From Octopus sinensis (taxonomy: Eukaryota): DNA of 64,000 nt. The notes beneath the pieces are model-generated. The model had not been told where the DNA came from. It saw nothing but the letters and a program-made list of their open reading frames with translations, and did not search any database. A program made the position numbers and the translations under genes. Of the stretch, positions 36,029-47,989 are shown in pieces (position 1 is the first letter of the stretch; every line of letters starts with the position of its first letter). The stretch is from assembly GCF_006345805.1 (NCBI RefSeq), contig NC_043016.1, forward strand, positions 32,798,001 through 32,862,000, given 5' to 3'.

Positions 36029-37596
36029 TCACGGTTGCGAGAGAGAGCCTGACAGATTCCTTCTGCCTGTCTCCCCCCCACTCGCCGTTGCTGCTGGGCG
36101 TTTCACCGGCGTTGTCACCGGGCTCTGGGTTGGTGTGGCTGCCGGGCTGACGTATAATTTCCCAGTTGTCACCTCCTGGGTGACATCCTTAATGAAGCCG
36201 GCTTTTACGTGGTCTTGTAAGTTTTTTCCTTTCCATCCTTCTTCGCCGACCCTTGCATATCGCCACTCCGCTTCCTTCTCGGTCGCTTTGTAGCACCTGA
36301 TCTGCGTACTTGCTTGCACAAATTTTACTACTCTCTCGTTCCTTGTGGTGTATGCTATACATTTTTCATTGGGTTTAAACCCTTTTACAGTTGGGGGGTG
36401 GGGTTTGTTAAAGTGCTGGCCTATAAATGTAGTACCGCCGGTGTGGGATTGGAGAATATTTTTAATTTGTTCGTCTGCGTTCGTTGTTTTCTTTTTTGTT
36501 ACGGGTGGGAAGTCAGGGGTGATGGATTTTTTCCTTTTGTTCGACACGTTCGTGAATTCCATCTCTTCTTGTATATTTGTTTTTGTTGTATTAATTTCCT
36601 CTTCTTTTCCTTTCTCATTTTGCATTCCGTTCTTGTCTTCCTCCTTTTTGGAGTTCGACCTGTTTTTTTTTCCTCCTTGCTTTCGCCAGTCGTTACTTTG
36701 TTCTCCACTTTGCTGCTTTCTGCGTTCTTCACAGCGTTTTGTGGGGGGGGGGGAGGGGAGGCGTTGCCCGTATTATTTTTCGTTGTGCAAACGGAGCGAA
36801 CGTGGCTCTTTTGCCCGCACTTAAAACATCTGGGCCTGCGTCCTTCCACCGAAACTCGTATGGAGTGCCCCTCCCCCACGAAGACTCTGTCTGGTAGGCT
36901 TTCCAGCGTCGCATTTTCCGCCTGGATAATCATCTCCAGCTGCTGGCCTCTCCAGTGTTTTCATATTTTCCTCTTCATACTCAAAATTGTCAATTTTGAT
37001 TCAACATCAAAAATGACCGCTGTTGCCGCCCACATCACGTCGTAGCCCCTTGGTATATCTTCCAGTGTCACTTTTGCTGTTCTGCACCCCAAATATAAGA
37101 GTAGCAGTATTATATTCTCGTTTTTCAACGTTTGCGTCGAAATTTGCTTTGCTTCTTCCGCCGTCTCAAAATGCGCCTCCACTGTAGCGCTTCTTGCACC
37201 TCGGTTGACATGACGAACTTTGCTCCATATTGGTGCCATACACTTTTCGACCATTTCGTTTTTTACGTCGGTCATTCGTTTTTCTTTTATATTGTACACC
37301 TTATAGGTGACCATTTTCCCCCGTATTGCCTGTATAGTCTCAGGGGGCGGTACCAATCGTGTTTCTTTACCACTTTTTTGCACAAGCGGTCTGAACTTAA
37401 ATAGTCTTTCCATTGACACCTCCATTTCTTCCACTTCGCCACCTACGGCGTCTGAAAAACTGGGTTTTGTCTGTGTTTCCTTTTGTTTAACAGTTGTTGT
37501 ACCTTCTGCCATCTCGGGAAAGTCTTTTTTTGAACTTAAGTCTAATTCCATATTAGACAACACAAACTTGTCACAAATGACAAGGAATTTTTTCAA
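36029..37596 (-). pseudogene. Tx1-B ORF1, frameshifted
   Basis: ORFs 36961-37596, 36499-36933 and 36029-36625; CCHC knuckle. Confidence 0.75.
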
Positions 37597-37944
37597 AAAT
37601 AACCTATACAGGTTAAGAGTTCACACAAAAAAACACACAGAAATTTTCTACCCCGAAGGACGAAAATTACTGGGTCAAAAACAGTTCAACAATTATATTA
37701 CGTGTAACACAACAAAGTAGACAAGCGGAAACGAACTCACACAACGATTTGCAGCAACAGAAAAATATTTGATATACTCCGAGGAAAAATTAAAAAACAG
37801 CGGTTTTCGATTGGAGAGACCTGTTTGCGAATATCTATTTAATGTTTTTCCCAGCAATCACTGTCACAGATTTAGAAAAACTGTCTGAAAGCATTAATAA
37901 ATCTCCAAACGAGATGTAAACAGTAACCGCTCGACAACGTAAAG

Positions 37945-38319
37945 TGTACTAGCCATCTGAATGTGGCTAGCCACTGGGGGTGTGTATTACTGAAGCTTAT
38001 AGCCCCAGGAGATCATCGTCTCCAGCTGGCTTTAGACACACTTTCTGTGACCTTCTGATATTCGCAAAGGGAGGTCATCCCCTCTCGAAAACTTAAGTGA
38101 TACATACGGTGATTACCGTACGTTGACGAGAGGCAAATACCTCGAAACTATAGTCCGTATGTATCACTTAGGTTTTCGAGAGGGGATGACCTCCCTTTGC
38201 GAAGATCAGAAGGTCACAGAAAGTGTGTCTAAAGCCAGCTGGAGACGATGATCTCCTGGGGCTATAAGCTTCAGTAACACCCACCCCCAGTGGCTAGCCA
38301 CATTCAGATGGCTAGTACA
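37945..38319. repeat. 375-nt palindrome (about 165-bp arms, 45-nt loop) with a hammerhead in the loop
   Basis: TGTACTAGCCATCTGAATG at 37945 pairs with CATTCAGATGGCTAGTACA ending 38319; arms end at 38109/38155. Confidence 0.95.
38117..38161 (+). ncRNA. Minimal type I hammerhead ribozyme motif (U3 variant)
   Basis: Stem I CGTACG/CGTATG; TTGACGA 38123-38129; stem II GAGG-CAAATA-CCTC; GAAAC-TATA-GTC; predicted cleavage after 38155. Confidence 0.75.
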
Positions 38320-38350
38320 TTTTGTGTTATATATATATATATCTATATAT

Positions 38351-39756
38351 CATCATCATCATCATCATCATCATCGTTTAAACGTCCGTTTTCCGCGCTA
38401 GCACGGGTTGGACGGTTCGACCGGGGTCTGGGAAGCCAGGGGCCGCTCCAGGCTCCAGTCTGATCTGGCAGAGTTTCTACGGCTGGATGCCCTTCCTAAC
38501 GCCAACCACTCCGCGAGTGGAGTGGGTGCTTTTTACGTGCCACCTGCACAGGGGCCGGGGGGGGGTCCGGCATCGGTCACGATCGGTTCGAGCTTTTAAC
38601 GTGCCAGCGGCACGGGAGCCAGCCAAGGCGGCGCTGGCAACGTTCGGATGGTCTTACCGGCACAGAGGCCAGTCGGGGCAGCGCTGGCATCGGCCACGTT
38701 CGGATAGTACTTTTTATGTGCCACCGGCACAGGCATCATAACTCCTATTTCCATTGATATTTATTTCGCCGTTCATGTTCATGTACTTGACTCAGCAGGT
38801 CTCCTCAGGCACAGCAGGACGATCTGGGATCTGGGGTACTTTGAATGGGCAGGGGCTATGTGGAACTGATGCAGGAAGCAGCCCGGGTCTTTGCAGTCAC
38901 AGCATATCTCCAGAGATCTCGGTCCTTCGCCATTGCATCAGTGAGGCCCAATGCTCTGAGGTCATGCTTGACTACCTCATCCCATGTCTTTCTGGGTCTA
39001 CCTCTCCCCCTGATACCTTCAACTGTTTGGGAGTGGCACTTCTTCACACATCTCTCTTCATCCATCCGCAGCACATGACCATACCATCGCAAGCGTCACT
39101 CTTGCACACCACATCTGATGCTTCTTATATCCAGCATTTCTCTCAGGATGCTTACACTCTGTCGTGCGTGCACACTGACACTACACATCCAGCGGATCAT
39201 GCTAGCTTCATTTCTTTCGTCTACGCATGTCCTCTGCAGTCACAGCCCATGTTTCATTACCGTGAAGCATGGCAGTTCGCACACATGCATCATACAATCT
39301 ACCTTTCATTCTGAGGGAGAGACCCTTTGTCGCCAGTAGGGGTAGGAGCTTTCTGAACTTTGCCCAGGCTATTCGTATTCTAGTGGTGATACTCTCTGTG
39401 CATCCACCTCCGCTACTAACTTGGTCGCCCAGGTAGCGGAAACTATCAACTACTTCTAGTTTCTCTCCCTGGAGTGTGATGGAATCTGTTTTCTGAGTGT
39501 CTGTTGTGTCTATTGCCCCTGTGCATCTGCCGCACATGAAAGCTATCTTATCTGTTAATTTCCCTTTAATGTTGCTGCACCTCTTATGCGTCCATAGCTT
39601 ACATTGGGTGCATCTTATGGAGTTTCTACCTGTACCTTTCCTACAGATTGAGCAGGGCCACCTACGTGTGTGTGCTGAGTACGCCTTGCTGCTTACTATT
39701 ACTTTGGTTTTTGCTACATTTACTCTAAGGCCCTTTGATTCTAACCCTTGCTTCCA

Positions 39757-39757
<1 letters not shown>
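38351..39757 (-). mobile_element. 5'-truncated RTE-clade LINE with (GAT)n tail
   Basis: [52 protein letters not shown]; same 3' UTR family as 9888-10520. Confidence 0.9.
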
Positions 39758-40053
<296 letters not shown>

Positions 40054-40218
40054 AAATTAATTGTTATCGCCATATTAATATGGCATTCTAATAGATATAA
40101 GAATAATCGCTGCCGCTGGTCAGCTCCATGAGGCCACCGCCATCAAGATAGCTATTGATACACGATCTGTATCCATTATAACCTTCGAACAAGGGAGGTC
40201 AGCCGCTTCACACTGCCA

Positions 40219-40278
40219 GTCCGACAGCTACAGACGCGTTTCGGGGTATTGCCCCTTGTCAATGTAGCGCAGTCAGAC
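40219..40278 (-). ncRNA. Type I hammerhead ribozyme, U3-A8 variant (array copy 1)
   Basis: GCTACA-TTGACAA-GGGG-CAATA-CCCC-GAAAC-GC-GTC-TGTAGC; distal stem GTCTGAC/GTCGGAC; predicted cleavage between 40233 and 40232. Confidence 0.8.
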
Positions 40279-40628
40279 CCGCAGGTGTCGCCACTGACGT
40301 CTCTGTTCGATGGTTTCTATTTACCTAGTTTCAGTGGAATACATCCACTTGTTTTCAATAATAGAAATATTAAAATTACTAAATCTCTATAAAAGAGATA
40401 ACGGCAGCGTTTACTGGAAATTAATTGTTATCGCCATATTAATATGGCATTCTTATAGATATAAGAATAATCGTTGCCGCTGGTCAGCTCCATGAGGCCA
40501 CCGCCATCAAGATAGCTATTGAAACTAGGTAAATAGAAACCTTCGAACAGAGACAAGATAGCTATTGATACACGATCTGTATCCATTATAACCTTCGAAC
40601 AAGGGAGGTCAGCCGCTTCACACTGCCA

Positions 40629-40688
40629 GTCCGACAGCTACAGACGCGTTTCGGGGTATTGCCCCTTGTCAATGTAGCGCAGTCAGAC
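40629..40688 (-). ncRNA. Type I hammerhead ribozyme, U3-A8 variant (array copy 2)
   Basis: Identical to copy 1; predicted cleavage between 40643 and 40642. Confidence 0.8.
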
Positions 40689-40984
40689 CCGCAGGTGTCG
40701 CCACTGACGTCTCTGTTCGAAGGTTTCTATTTACCTAGTTTCAGTGGAATACATCCACTTGTTTTCAATAATAGAAATATTAAAATTACTAAATCTCTAT
40801 AAAAGAGATTACGGCAGCGTTTACTGGAAATTAATTGTTATCGCCATATTAATATGGCATTCTTATAGATATAAGAATAATCGTTGCCGCTGGTCAGCTC
40901 CATGAGGCCACCGCCATCAAGATAGCTATTGAAACTAGGTAAATAGAAACCTTCGAACAGAGACGTCAGTGGCGACACCTGCGG

Positions 40985-41044
40985 GTCTGACTGCGCTACA
41001 TTGACAAGGGGCAATACCCCAAAACGCGTCTGTAGCTGTCGGAC
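40985..41044 (+). ncRNA. Hammerhead copy 3 (inverted unit) with G12-to-A change
   Basis: Reads CCCC-AAAAC-GCGTC instead of CCCC-GAAAC; predicted inactive. Confidence 0.7.
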
Positions 41045-41358
41045 TGGCAGTGTGAAGCGGCTGACCTCCCTTGTTCGAAGGTTATAATGGATACAGATCG
41101 TGTATCAATAGCTATCTTGATGGCGGTGGCCTCATGGAGCTGACCAGCGGCAGCGATTATTCTTATATCTATAAGAATGCCATATTAATATGGCAATAAC
41201 AATTAATTTCCAGTAAACGCTGCCGTAATTTCTTTTATAGAGACTTAGTAATTTTAATATTTTTATTATATATTTATATATTTATATATATAATATATAT
41301 ATATATATATTTATATATATTTATATATTTATATATATATTTATATATTTATATATTT

Positions 41359-41418
<60 letters not shown>

Positions 41419-41437
41419 TAATATATATATATATATA

Positions 41438-41469
<32 letters not shown>

Positions 41470-41523
41470 ATTTATATATTTATATATTTATATATTTATA
41501 TATATTTATATATATATTATATA

Positions 41524-41554
<31 letters not shown>

Positions 41555-41612
41555 CATTATATATATATAATATATATATATATATTTATATATTTATATT
41601 AATATGTATGTA

Positions 41613-42821
41613 CTAGATGAAGGTGACCCGCTCTACGCGCGGGTAAGAGTGTGGGTGTTACTTTCTGTTGCTTCCTTTCAGCACGTAAAAAGCACCATCC
41701 GAACGTGGCCGATTGCAGCACCGCCTTGACTTGCTTCTGTGCTGGTGGCACGTAAAAAGCACCAACCGATCGTTGCCACTGCGAGCCCCCCTGGCACCAG
41801 TGCCGTCGGCACGAAAAAAGCACTCACTACACTCACAGTGTGGTTGGCGTAAGGAAGGTCATCCACCTGTAGAAACACTGCCAGATCAGACTGGAGCCTG
41901 GTGCAGCCTCCTGGCTTCCGAGACCCGGTCACACTGCCCAACCCGTGCTAGCACGGAAAACGGACGTTAAACGATGATGATGATGATGATTCTCCGTATT
42001 TGTTTCTCTCTCCTTTCTCTCTCACTTTCCCACTCTCTTACTTTTCTTTTCTCTCGGACTCTCCCTCGCTTTCTCTTACTCTCTATCTTTATCTATCTCT
42101 CTCCCATTTATAAACAACAGAAGATCTTGAGTAAGTTGAGAAATAAAATATTTTGAAAGATCAATCAGAAATATGAGGCAGTGGCAATGGAAAGGTCTGC
42201 TTCAAGGCAGACAGCAAAACGCTAACATTCAAAAGGGACAGACGAACTTGCGAGCTGAATAAAAATAATAAAATATTGGAAACCAAAGTTTGAAGGGATA
42301 GAATCTGAGTATAGTAGAGTCACCATGGCTGGCATTTGTTAACGACGGACAGCAACGTATTGACAGTTTAACGGCTGGCGTAAAATTTTGAACTTGATGT
42401 AAAAGAAAATTCGTAAACACCAAGTTTTGAAGTGATTCTTTCTCACGACAGTAGACTCACCATGGCAAGCATTCAAAACTTCTTTATCATGGACGGCAAC
42501 ACATTGACGATTAAAAGGCTGGCGCAAATTTTTTAGCTTGATGCAACAGAGAATTCCTAAACACCCGCTCTTTGAAATTTTAATCCCCTTCCAGCCCCAT
42601 TTAGACCCCTTTTCACATTTTGGTTAATATAACCCGATTTCATTCGGGTCTACTGGGGCCACATTTTATAAGATGAGGAATTTTGTCCTAGAGGTGACGC
42701 CTTTCATTTGAGGAACAAAATAGTTGTGATGCAAACTTGTCAGCAGCTTTAACATAGGTGTGCATATTTTCAGGTGAATCGACAGACTACGTAATGCACA
42801 CATTATATATATATATGTGTG

Positions 42822-42868
<47 letters not shown>

Positions 42869-44404
42869 ACGCATTATATATACAAATGTATACAAATGAG
42901 ATATATATCTGTATAAATTAAATTAGAGATAAAACCACTAATAGGCAAATCAAACAGTGAAAAACCAAAAACAAAAACATAAAAAAAGAAAATATAACAT
43001 AGAAAATATAACTATATATATAAAACTGTAGTTGTGTGAGTGTCTGTCCCCTTCGATTTAGATTCCTAACTACTCCCAAATTTTGCGGTGCAGTTTAACC
43101 AAATTCGGGTATCTTATAGTCGTGATTCATATCGAGCCCGTCTGGGTATTAGCGCGCGTGTACGATGAGTGTACGATTTTAAAAATAATTTAACATCATT
43201 TTTTATTCCATTTTAATGCATATTTTTTCGTGTGTCGATGGCGGCGGAGTTGGCGTCCACGCTCACGCCTGCACCTGTGTTGGTTCTCCCCCTTCTTCCC
43301 TCCCTCGTGAAGCTGTGGGGAAGGGAGTGTAAGGAAATCAACGTCGTAATGCGTTGTGAAGGAGACCAGCGTTATTTTAGAACAACGACTTCATGGCTTG
43401 AAGTCGCCAAAACAGAAATCGCTAAAAAAGCTGAAACAGATCCACAAAAACGGCAAAAACCGCCACACAGGGCAGGTTTCCTGTGCAAACAATTTGCACA
43501 ACCGAATGTTTTAGTTGTTGCACAAATCTTTATATATAAAAGTAAGGTTGTGTGTCTGTCTGCTACGATTTAGATTCCTAACTACTCCCACATTTTGCGG
43601 TGCAGTGTAACCAAAACCGGGTATCTTATAGTCGTGATTCATATCGATCCCTTCTGGGTATTAGCGCGCGTCTACGATGAGTCTACGATTTTTAAAAAAA
43701 TTTACCATCATTTTTTATTCCATTTTAATGCATTTTTCGCTATTATATAAGGGAAGTAACTCTCTAAAAATGTCTACGATGAGTCAACGATTAAAAAAAA
43801 ATTACCATCATTTTTTTATTCCATTTTAATGCATTTTTCGCTATTATATAAGGGAAGTAACTCTCTAAAAATGTCTACGATGAGTCAACGATTTAAAAAA
43901 GAAATTACTATCATTTTTTATTCCATCTTTAATGCATTTTTTGCTACTTTTTTTGCTATAACTCACTAAAAATGCTTATATAGTTATTTCCCTTACAAAC
44001 CCGAGCAACGCCGGCGATACTGCTAGTAAAATATAAAATTGAAAACTTTAAATTATTTAATTGAAAATAAAAATTATGAAATTATATTTATAATTTGTTT
44101 AAAAATATATATAACTATGAAAAAGTATGAAAAAGTTTAATATACATAAATACAGATATATACACTTTGTATATATACATTATATATACATATTTATATA
44201 TAGAACACACACGCACACATACATTATATATACATATTTATATATAGAACACACACACAGACATACATTATATATACATATTTATATATAGAACACACAC
44301 ACACACATACATTATATATACATATTTATATATAGAACACACACACACACACATACATTATATATACATATTTATATATAGAACACACACACACACACAT
44401 ACAT

Positions 44405-44436
<32 letters not shown>

Positions 44437-44438
44437 GA

Positions 44439-44469
<31 letters not shown>

Positions 44470-44875
44470 AATGAACGCAAGAATATCTGATTCATAATAT
44501 TTGTTCTCATGCTCGTGTGTTGATTGTTGGTGACAGACATATACTTAAAAGAACGTCGCCGAAGTGATAGGAAGGTAGGAAACAGAGTCAGTGAAAAAGA
44601 AAGGAAATAGCGATAGTGACAGATACTTTAAATAACCGTAGTGGACTTCTGAAAGTTATGAAGAGGAGTAAGAGAGGGAAAGGAGGAAATAGGGTGAGGT
44701 AGGAAGATGGCCCCTAGCAACCACACCTTTTAAGATAGGGATTTCTAAGGTAGCCCACGCGCATCGTCACCTCATTCTACATGTCCGTGTAAATTTTGGA
44801 GCGAATCGGACGGGATGTAGTGGCATTGAAAGCGATCTAAGCGGTAAAAACGCAATTCAGTTTTATATATAGAGA
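41613..44875 (-). mobile_element. Non-autonomous Helitron family 1, copy 3
   Basis: Minus-strand TCTCTATATATAAAACTG start, colinear with 21092-23237, hairpin + CTAG end followed by T. Confidence 0.8.
43011..44026 (+). mobile_element. Non-autonomous Helitron family 2 nested in copy 3
   Basis: Absent from the colinear copy 2; starts (A)CTATATATATAAAAC, second head TCTTTATATATAAAAG at about 43517, internal about 97-nt repeats, ends CCCGAGCAACGCCGG...CTAG|T, no TSD. Confidence 0.75.
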
Positions 44876-44892
44876 AGAGATATATATTAATT

Positions 44893-45104
44893 TACTTTAT
44901 TAAACCACTACATAAGAGACTGCAGGGTTAAATATAAAAGCAGAACAAAACAGTGTACATTCCTTTATGTACACTGTTTTGTTCTGCTTGTATATTTAAC
45001 CCTACAGTCTCTTATGTAGTGGTTTAATAAAGTATGTAATTGAATATTATCTGGTAATTGATATTTGATTTAGATGTATTTCTCCATTTTCTTATCTTGT
45101 ATTA

Positions 45105-45105
<1 letters not shown>
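44893..45105 (+). mobile_element. Fold-back fragment of the putative PLE terminal region (68-bp hairpin 44893-45034)
   Basis: Arms match at 66/68 around loop TCCTTT; right arm and continuation match 48360-48495. Confidence 0.75.
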
Positions 45106-45174
<69 letters not shown>

Positions 45175-45199
45175 TTATATATTTATTTTATTTCATTTT

Positions 45200-47340
45200 A
45201 TTTTATCCAGTTTCGGCTCACTAGCTGTGGCCATGCTGGGGCACCGCCATTTGGTGTTGCTACATGATTTTACTTCACGAATGCTTTTTAGAAATTGCCA
45301 TTTAGTGCATGAGAGAGTTCAATGCAGCTGCCCTCATCTGCACCTCCTGCCGTGAAGTTGGTTCATCTGGGACACCTGACAGGAAGAGATCCAGTTTTAT
45401 TTTAAAGACATCTGCATGCTGGTCCCTCAGGTTCTTCGGAGGATATTGAAGAGCTGTGTGCCTCTGAAGCCCAGGCTATCACAGTATCTTGTCCTACATC
45501 TTGATGGCAAATTTGGTGTCCTTGGCACCATGCAGTGGCGCCCAGTTCTTGCATTTGTGTAACTCTCGATGCCAAAGTTTGGGACAAGTCCTTCTAGGAT
45601 CTTCCAGATGTATATTATGGCATATCTTTCTCGCCTACGCTCTATGGAATAGAGTCTTAATCTCTTGAGTCTTTCCCAGTAGTTTATATGCTGCTCAGAG
45701 GCTATCTTCTTCGTGTAGCTTCGTTGGATCGCCTCAAGTTCTGTGATTAACTTGACACTGGATGGTGACCATAGCTGAGAGCAATAGTCAAAGTGGCTTA
45801 GGACAAGTATCCTCCAGAGGACCATCATGGTTTCCTGGTCTCTTGTTCTAAAGGTTCTAAGAATCCATCCGATCAGCCGCCTACATTTCATTGCCAATTT
45901 AGCAACATGCACATGGAAGGTTGCATCATCACTCATGTAAATAACTAGGTCTCGCACTGATTGTGCCTCTGGGATTGCAATCCCTCCAGGTCCTGTGTAT
46001 TTATTGGGTATTGCATTTAGTTTTGCATGCTGATAGCATAAAGCTTGAAACTTTTCAGCATTGAACTGAATGCTATTCTTTTCAGCCCACTTGTATATTT
46101 TGTCCAGCTCACATTGCAGGTGCTTAGTGTCTTCAGGGTTCTGTATTGCCTGTGAAACTTTTGTATCATCTGCATAACTTGTGATCGTGACTCTCTGCGT
46201 GGCTGAGGGCATGTCTGAGAGGGCCATTATGAACAGTAGTGGTCCCAAAACAGTACCTTGCGGAACACCGCTCACTATTTGCGTGTTAATGGAAGTAGCC
46301 CCACCTGACTTCTATCCTTCAGAAAGTCATGAAGCCATTCTCCCAATTTTCCAACTATGCCAAGATCTCGCAGTTTGTGACATATCATTCTATGATCGAC
46401 TTTATCAAAGGCCTTTGCAAGGTCGAGATATATGACTTCCACATTTGAGTGGTTGAGCAGTCGTTTCAGCACCCAGTCATAGTGTTGTAGGAGCTGAGTT
46501 AAGCAGCTTCTTCCTGGTCGGAAACCATGTTGGGTGTCAGGCAGCAAGTCATTTTCTTCAAGGAAGGTGATTAGTTTCCTTCTGACTATTCGTTCCATGA
46601 CCTTGCTGATGTGTGAGGTCATAGAGATAGGTCTGTAGTTCTTGGCCTCCGCTCTGCTACCTCCTTTATGAATAGGGCATATTTTACTTTCCTTCAGTTT
46701 TCTTGGAAGTTTGCCAGTTGTAAGGAAGCTCTGAAAGAGGAACTGCAGTGGTCTTGCTAGGACTCTCTTACATACTTTTAGAAGGATTGCCGGGAATCCA
46801 TCGGGGTCAGTAGCTGAGTTTGTTTTCATTTCATCTATAGCATTTATTACATCGTCTTCCTTTATATTGATGTAATCAATCATCGCTGCCTCTGATTTTA
46901 TAACTGCAGTGGTAAAGACGTTAGTTGGATTGCTGACTTGAAAATGCCCTTGGGGTGGAGTGAAAATACTCTTGAATTGTTCATTTAGTATTTCACTTAT
47001 CCTCATTGGATTTCCTGTGAGTGTGCCACCCTTTTAGAGGAGTGGCCCTTTCCTACAGTGCACCGTAGATGTTTCTTTGGCATACCTGTAGAAAGCTCTG
47101 GGGTTAGATTTTATGTTGTCTATAGCCCAGGCTTCTTTGTCTGCTCTTTCCTTTTCATGGGAGAGTTGCAGACAGTGTTCAGTTTCCAACAGTTTTATTT
47201 TCAGACGGGACTTGTCATTGCTTTCAATTTGTTTGTTTAGGCAATTTGAGATTTTTGTGCGCCGTCTCATTAGAATTTTCCTCTCTCTGGGGATTTTGTT
47301 CTTGTGTACAGTGGCCTTTCTCTCTGGGACACTTTTCTTG
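45200..47340 (-). mobile_element. CR1/Proto2-like LINE, same family as 16790-19520
   Basis: ORFs 46275-47006 and 45427-46275 closely parallel 17298-19424; same 3' motif GGCGGTGCCCCAGCATGGCC. Confidence 0.9.
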
Positions 47341-47989
47341 TTGGTAGTGGGTGTGTGGTCCTTGTGATTTGCATAGGTGGTTGCTGATAGCTCGTTGGAT
47401 CTCCTGGCTTAGGTCGGCCTTCATATTTTCTAGGTAAGTCAGTAAAAAAGAGTTACCTTTTTGGTTTGCCACTTGGTCGGAGGATACATATTTCATGTTC
47501 GTGTGCCATAGTTTATAATTTTCTTTGTGACATAAATACACCATTATTTCAGAAATAATTACGGATCTAGCGCTAAATTATGATTGGTCTGTGGGTTTGA
47601 CTTACAAATGTACATCTTTGGATTTAATGTAGTATTAACAGAATGCTGGTACCTCTTATTTCGTATGTATATGCGGATATATAACACTTTGCACGGTTTT
47701 GTAATAATATTGTGACTATATTGTTAATAATGAATTTATGTATTGTTTCTCTAGTATTAGCGTTATTGATAATAATATGAACGATGATATTGCTAGCATT
47801 AGTAGTAACGATAATGATAATGATGCTAGCATTAATGACATTTTGTAAATTAATAAGAACTAATAGAAAGTAACCCTGACTCTCTATATCTGCATTTAGA
47901 TATTAATATGTGTATGTTGTTTCTTCTACATTGTAATTATCACAACATTAAGTTGGAAAACTGTAACGTTGAATGTGGAGCAAATGTAT

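Larger units (their letters stand above)
32546..37870 (-). mobile_element. Tx1-like LINE copy B, apparently full length
   Basis: ORF1 (37596-36029, CFKCGQKSHVRSVC), ORF2 APE/RT/zinc-finger, AATAAA + A-rich tail at about 32546-32575; the 5' boundary is approximate. Confidence 0.85.
40054..41261. mobile_element. Retrozyme-like array: 364-nt monomers (two full, one partial) plus one inverted copy, three hammerheads
   Basis: Units start at 40054, 40418 and 40828; inversion from about 40930; flanked by (TA)n on both sides. Confidence 0.8.
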
